50,447 nucleotides of DNA. It comes from a virus. Taxonomy: Duplodnaviria; Caudoviricetes. A model generated the notes under the pieces. It saw only the letters and a program-made list of their open reading frames with translations, had not been told where the DNA came from and ran no database searches. This document shows positions 45,908 to 50,447 of this stretch, in pieces (the first letter of the stretch is position 1; every line of letters starts with the position of its first letter). The stretch spans positions 1-50,447 of IMG/VR virus record IMGVR_UViG_3300020045_006640. One strand, given 5' to 3'. A program made the position numbers and the translations under genes.

Positions 45908-46474
45908 ATGAAGTTTCGTGCTTGGATTATTCTAGGGCTCGCGTTGCTTGCCTGGACGCCTTTTGCTGCATTCGCGCAGGATGTTTCGCCCGATATCGTC
46001 GTGACTGTTCCACCGACTGAAGTGGTTCTGAATTGGGGCGACTTCGCACAGATTTTGCTTGCCAATCTTGCCGATCCGACTTCTGTGGCCTGGACGGCTT
46101 TCGGGCTTGCAATGACTTGGCTTGTCGCCATGTTGCCCGGCCCGGCCAAATGGGCGTTCAACGCTTTCCGGATCGATCAGCTTTTGAAGAATGCGGCAAT
46201 GGCTGCGATGAATTCGACCAAGGGCGCGGTTGCTGGCAAGGCGCTGAACGTCGATGTGGGTTCTGAAGTGCTGGCCAAGATGCTGCAATATGCCCTGGAC
46301 AACGGCAACGCGGCGCTGATCAAATGGGCTGGCGGTGCCCAAGGCATTCAGCAAAAGTCGATTGCCCGGCTCACTCTTGACGCCACGGTTGACGGTGCCG
46401 AATTGGCCAGCAAGGCAAGCACGGTTTCCGGTGCCAATACGGTTGACGGATCACCGCCCAAATCGCTGTCCTAA
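45908..46474 (+). CDS. Putative holin / lysis membrane protein
   Basis: AGGAGG RBS; signal peptide plus transmembrane segment; follows the endolysin. Confidence 0.55.
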   Translation: MKFRAWIILGLALLAWTPFAAFAQDVSPDIVVTVPPTEVVLNWGDFAQILLANLADPTSVAWTAFGLAMTWLVAMLPGPAKWAFNAFRIDQLLKNAAMAAMNSTKGAVAGKALNVDVGSEVLAKMLQYALDNGNAALIKWAGGAQGIQQKSIARLTLDATVDGAELASKASTVSGANTVDGSPPKSLS

Positions 46475-46483
46475 TAGAAATGA

Positions 46484-46511
46484 TTAAGCCCGGATCGCTC
46501 CGGGCTTTTTT
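46484..46511 (+). terminator. Repeated terminator family copy
   Basis: TTAAGCCCGGatcgctCCGGGCTTTTTT. Confidence 0.8.
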
Positions 46512-46512
46512 C

Positions 46513-46929
46513 TCATTCGTTCGTCCAACCGATCACCTTCAAATCATCCCCAATCACCGGGCAAACCTTGCCGCGTCCAGCCCGGCACAGTTCGATGAAT
46601 GCCGCCTTGCAATCAATGCCGCGCGCCTTGGCATAATCTGCACTGCTAAATGGTGCAACCATCGAACGCAGAACAGCGCGGGTTTCGCGATCAAGAACGA
46701 TCCAACCGCCATTCTTTTCGGCAACATCGTTCGTCATGGTATAGGCAACAAAAAAAGCATCGTTGATTTTTTTAGCCTTGCGTGCCTTTTCCTGATTGGC
46801 GGCAAAAGCTTCATATGTTCCAGCACCGTCACAACCAAAGCAAAGACCGGGAATTCCCATGTGTGCAACAGGAGTGTTGCGCGAACCCTTGCCGTTGCAG
46901 CGATTGCATTTGCCGTTTGCTTTGGTCAT
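46513..46929 (-). CDS. Zinc-finger protein (cassette 7)
   Basis: KCNRCNGKG...LCFGCDGAG; CCGGAGA RBS after P7. Confidence 0.7.
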   Translation of the reverse strand: MTKANGKCNRCNGKGSRNTPVAHMGIPGLCFGCDGAGTYEAFAANQEKARKAKKINDAFFVAYTMTNDVAEKNGGWIVLDRETRAVLRSMVAPFSSADYAKARGIDCKAAFIELCRAGRGKVCPVIGDDLKVIGWTNE

Positions 46930-46954
46930 TTTCAATTCTCCGGAACGTTTGATT

Positions 46955-46983
46955 GTTATCTCACACGTTCCGGATCATTGCAA
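46955..46983 (-). promoter_or_regulatory. Repeated promoter P7
   Basis: TTGCAA-tgatccggaacgtgtga-GATAAC. Confidence 0.65.
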
Positions 46984-46992
46984 GCGGTTATT

Positions 46993-47097
46993 TCACCACT
47001 TCCGGATTGCACCGATAAAAATCAGACCAGCCGGAACGATGAAAACCGCTGTGAGAAGCGCAATCATCAAAATTGCAAAAACACTTGCGCTGTCCAT
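46993..47097 (-). CDS. 34-aa single-pass membrane protein
   Basis: Not in the track; MDSASVFAILMIALLTAVFIVPAGLIFIGAIRKW. Confidence 0.45.
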   Translation of the reverse strand: MDSASVFAILMIALLTAVFIVPAGLIFIGAIRKW

Positions 47098-47098
47098 T

Positions 47099-47761
47099 TC
47101 AGAATGCCTTTCCACCATCAATGATCGCCCTGGCTTCAAGCTTGTGATCCGGGCGGATCGTATTGAATGCCATCTTAGCCTGACACACTTCCGGCAAGTT
47201 CCAATGGTTCTTGCGGGCGATCAGATCGCACAGGATGACGACGCGCGCCAAATTGGCAGCCATGCCCGACAACGCTGGAATGCTGCTGTCCGGACGGTTG
47301 CCCTTGCGATGGCTTTCCATCGCGGCGCTTGTCCAGCATTGAAGTCGATTGAAGGCAACATGAATAGTTGCCCAACTCTCACCGTATCCGCCATCACCAA
47401 CATAGGTTTCCAAATGATCCGCTTGCAACACCAACATGATCGCGCTGCCCAGGTTGATGTTGAGATATCCGGCCAAGTCGCCAATGCGGATCAGCACGTC
47501 ACCGAATTCAACCGCTGCGTTCGGATATTCCGGCAAGTGTTCATCGTCCGCGCCGGTCATGTAACCGTCATACGCTTCCGAAATTTCGGAATGGATCAGG
47601 CACAGCTTGGTCGGCACCGTCAGGCGATCCGGGTCAGCCGCGCCGACCGCAACTGCAACCATTCCATTGTAACGCTGACTGGTTTTCCACCAACCGGCGT
47701 TGACGCTGGCGGTGTGACACGCATCGCGGAATTCGTTGAAATTTTCGATGTTGTAAAGCAT
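47099..47761 (-). CDS. MazG-like nucleotide pyrophosphohydrolase
   Basis: KLCLIHSEISEA...EFGDVLIRIGDLAG...KMAFN..R...GGKAF. Confidence 0.8.
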   Translation of the reverse strand: MLYNIENFNEFRDACHTASVNAGWWKTSQRYNGMVAVAVGAADPDRLTVPTKLCLIHSEISEAYDGYMTGADDEHLPEYPNAAVEFGDVLIRIGDLAGYLNINLGSAIMLVLQADHLETYVGDGGYGESWATIHVAFNRLQCWTSAAMESHRKGNRPDSSIPALSGMAANLARVVILCDLIARKNHWNLPEVCQAKMAFNTIRPDHKLEARAIIDGGKAF

Positions 47762-47773
47762 GGCGGGTTTTCC

Positions 47774-48334
47774 CTATTCAGCTTGTTCAATGGGCTTGCG
47801 GCGGGCGGCACGGCGTTCGCGGGTGTTAGGCGGCTTTGCTGTCAGCGCGGCAAGATCATCGGGCGTGAGAGTTGACAACTCTACATCCTGCACGTCGCGG
47901 GCGGCGCGCTCGGTCGCTGGCAACAGCACCAGTCGGGCGGCATGATATGCAGCGAGCGACTTGCGCAGACCGACCAATTCATCGGCTTGTGCGTCATCGC
48001 TGCGTTCTTGGCTGATGTGCCGTTCAAGGCGATCTGCTTCATACAGATTGCGCTGTTCATCGCGGGCGGTTTCGGCTTTGGTAATCCGGCCTTCAAGTTG
48101 CTGGATCATCTTTTCCGTCAGGTCAAGATGATATGCGGGCGTGCTGGTGTCGCGGGCGGTGATCATGCGACCGGGTTCGATGAATGCAATCGGTCCAGTC
48201 GGTGTGCTGCCATCCAAAGTTGCCGAAGCTTCCAAAGCATCTTCAACAGCCTTAAAGCCGATCTGGTGCACAACTGGATCAAGCGGCTTTGGCGTGATCC
48301 GACCGGCCAACCAACTCAATACGGAATTTTTCAT
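47774..48334 (-). CDS. Coiled-coil hypothetical protein
   Basis: AGGA RBS before MKNSVLSW. Confidence 0.65.
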   Translation of the reverse strand: MKNSVLSWLAGRITPKPLDPVVHQIGFKAVEDALEASATLDGSTPTGPIAFIEPGRMITARDTSTPAYHLDLTEKMIQQLEGRITKAETARDEQRNLYEADRLERHISQERSDDAQADELVGLRKSLAAYHAARLVLLPATERAARDVQDVELSTLTPDDLAALTAKPPNTRERRAARRKPIEQAE

Positions 48335-48345
48335 TTTGCGGGTTC

Positions 48346-50445
48346 CTATCCGATGATTAGTTTTCGACTGGCTTCGATATACCAACCCAAATTGAGATTG
48401 TCAAAGGAAAAATCCGAAGCTGTGTTGCACTCGGTCACAAGCCATCCGGATTGTAAGCCGGTTTCGCGTTCGTCGTGCTTTGATTGGTTCTTTGTGTGAA
48501 TGTCCGGGTTCCAAACATTGCCGTTTGCAGCGTGCCAAGCCAGATAGTCGCGATCTGAAACCTTTTGGGCTTTCTTGTATTGCCCTGGCGTGCCGGTTGG
48601 CGGGCTGATCTTTCGCAGCGGTCCGCCTTGCTTGCCCATGTAATAGCGAGTGATCCGCTGCACTTCGCGATCACCGATCATCAACGTTGATCCGCGCGTG
48701 ACCTTGGCGCGCAACATGTAATCGAACGGATCGCGATGCACCGACATGAACACTTCAGGATCAACGCCATGAACCATTGCCGCCACGGCAGCGCGTTGCA
48801 CGATCTGTGCGCTCAAATCCTTGTGCCATGCGCTCGGACCGGCTTTGCTGATCGCTTCCGGCCAACCGCCTTCAAACTTGGTGCCGTCCGGATACCAGTA
48901 ATCACCTTTCAGCTTTAGCTTGCCTTTGAAATCTTCAGCAACATAATTGTTCACGTCACGGACCCACATCCGGCGATAGCTGGCACGTTCAAGGTTCAGC
49001 AGCGTAAACCGTTCCCATTCGGCTTGTACGGCTTCAGCATGCTTGCGCATAGATTTGTGGATGCGGTAAGTCATGCCGTCCGTGTTGATCTGGATCATCT
49101 GGACGGTTGGAATTCGCATCATCCGTTCAGCGAGCATGCACAGCATTAGCTGTCCGTTGATCGTGATCGTCATGGTGAATTTGGGATCGTATAGCGGTGA
49201 ATATGGGTTGTTGCTATCGCCATATGCGCCATTCTGACCAAGCTTGATCGCACCGTTTTGTGTGGTGCCCTTGGCATATTTTGCGCGTTCTTCAGGAAGC
49301 TTGCCGTATTCCGCCACGAATTGTTCACCCAGGTGTTCAGGGAACAAACGGTTCTTAATTGCAATCGACGGATAAAGGCCGGTCACGTCAATGTCGTCAA
49401 TGTGCCATTCATCGTCCGCTTCATATTTGCGGGCGGTGACACTGCCGTGAATTCCGCCCGTGCCGAAATCGAACTGAAAACCGTCGATCACCGCATTGAC
49501 GCCAGTGAACACGCCCTTGGTACTGACGCGCGCCGGTCCGTTGCTGCCATCGTCGCCCGGTTCAAGATCGGCTGGTGTCAGTGTTTGGGCTTTCATCCAA
49601 TTCAGTACGCGGTTCAGTTCCGGATGCTGAAATGAGATATACGGAAAAATCACGTCAGCGAGCGGAATGGTTGACCGGATCGTTTGGCGCGGTTGTTTCT
49701 TGCCGGATGATCGGTCAAAGCACAGATTGTCGCCTAGCCGCTGGATCAGCAGTTCTTTGCCGATCTTGGTGTCATTGAAGTTCAGCAGATCGCCCGTCAA
49801 CATGCTGGACATGTCGCGACGAAAGCTGATTGCTTCAGCGCTGATCAGCGCAAAATTCTTGGTTTCTTTCACATCCCATTGGTTGTACGGGATCAACACA
49901 CTATCAATGCGGGCGTGTTCAAGCGGCGTGTCAAAATCAACATTGCCTTCAAGAACGGACGCGCTGCGCATGTTGAATTCCAACCCTTTGAGGGATTGGG
50001 TTTTTGCTCGGTTGTCAAAGTGGTGGATTTTGTACAGATCGATTTGCGGCGTGAAACGATCCGATTGCCAGATCATGTTGCCGAACCGATCCTGGCTGTT
50101 GATGATCGATTTAGATTTTTCGTACAGGTGTGCGTATGTCACTGAATGGCGATACTGCCAAATCAGGTGGATAACATTGTAATCATAACCGATGGAGTTA
50201 TAACCGATCATCGGCATTTGAACGCTGTTCAGATAGTCAAACCACTGTAACAGCAAATCCAGATCATTGCGGCGGTCCGAAATTTCAAATGTGAAATTGT
50301 CGTCTTTATCGATGCTTTCCGCATTCAGCGTGAACACGTTCGGCAGCACTTCAATGTCATAAACAACAGCGGGGCCAATCAGCGCGATCAGCCGTTTGAT
50401 ATATTCCGGGTTCCATCCGAACGGTTCGGCAATGATCGGGTTCAA
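48346..50445 (-). CDS. DNA polymerase, family B-like with 3'-5' exonuclease (5' end likely beyond the window)
   Basis: YDIEV, GYNSIGYD, YN..DV (exonuclease); DIDVTGLYPS, KLGQNGAYG, QINTDG (polymerase). Confidence 0.9.
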   Translation of the reverse strand: MNPIIAEPFGWNPEYIKRLIALIGPAVVYDIEVLPNVFTLNAESIDKDDNFTFEISDRRNDLDLLLQWFDYLNSVQMPMIGYNSIGYDYNVIHLIWQYRHSVTYAHLYEKSKSIINSQDRFGNMIWQSDRFTPQIDLYKIHHFDNRAKTQSLKGLEFNMRSASVLEGNVDFDTPLEHARIDSVLIPYNQWDVKETKNFALISAEAISFRRDMSSMLTGDLLNFNDTKIGKELLIQRLGDNLCFDRSSGKKQPRQTIRSTIPLADVIFPYISFQHPELNRVLNWMKAQTLTPADLEPGDDGSNGPARVSTKGVFTGVNAVIDGFQFDFGTGGIHGSVTARKYEADDEWHIDDIDVTGLYPSIAIKNRLFPEHLGEQFVAEYGKLPEERAKYAKGTTQNGAIKLGQNGAYGDSNNPYSPLYDPKFTMTITINGQLMLCMLAERMMRIPTVQMIQINTDGMTYRIHKSMRKHAEAVQAEWERFTLLNLERASYRRMWVRDVNNYVAEDFKGKLKLKGDYWYPDGTKFEGGWPEAISKAGPSAWHKDLSAQIVQRAAVAAMVHGVDPEVFMSVHRDPFDYMLRAKVTRGSTLMIGDREVQRITRYYMGKQGGPLRKISPPTGTPGQYKKAQKVSDRDYLAWHAANGNVWNPDIHTKNQSKHDERETGLQSGWLVTECNTASDFSFDNLNLGWYIEASRKLIIG

Positions 50446-50447
50446 GC

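Noticed and set aside
45908-45990. Holin-like N-terminus (…WTPFAAFA) as a seventh shared leader
   Set aside because: Long hydrophobic core on a membrane protein fits an ordinary signal peptide
46796-47875. 359-aa plus-strand ORF
   Set aside because: Lies antisense across MazG, promoter P7 and other supported genes

Overview
The window is most of the genome of a tailed dsDNA phage of siphovirus type. The host is probably alphaproteobacterial; this is inferred from promoter style, a PANDN motif and apparent scarcity of GANTC. Both ends are cut inside the leftward replication module. Gene order: clamp, methyltransferase, helicase and nuclease genes; a leftward accessory cluster; primase-helicase with a putative origin; terminases; portal; scaffold; major capsid; head-tail genes; MuF fused to a metallopeptidase; tail genes with a -1 frameshift chaperone; tape measure; tail tip and fiber; GH19 endolysin and holin; MazG; B-family DNA polymerase. 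I saw no integrase, tRNA or CRISPR array. Five unusual signals stand out. (1) Portal, scaffold, capsid, tail tube and two other proteins share a signal-peptide-like N-terminal leader, and no canonical prohead protease is visible. (2) Seven near-identical sigma70-type promoters drive antisense gene cassettes scattered through the virion genes, alongside a repeated terminator family. (3) A twin GGAU-loop hairpin motif is repeated before the scaffold and capsid genes. (4) A candidate anti-Shine-Dalgarno sRNA lies before the portal. (5) MuF carries an HExxH peptidase domain followed by a small acidic partner gene. All family assignments come from motif recognition by eye, not from database searches.
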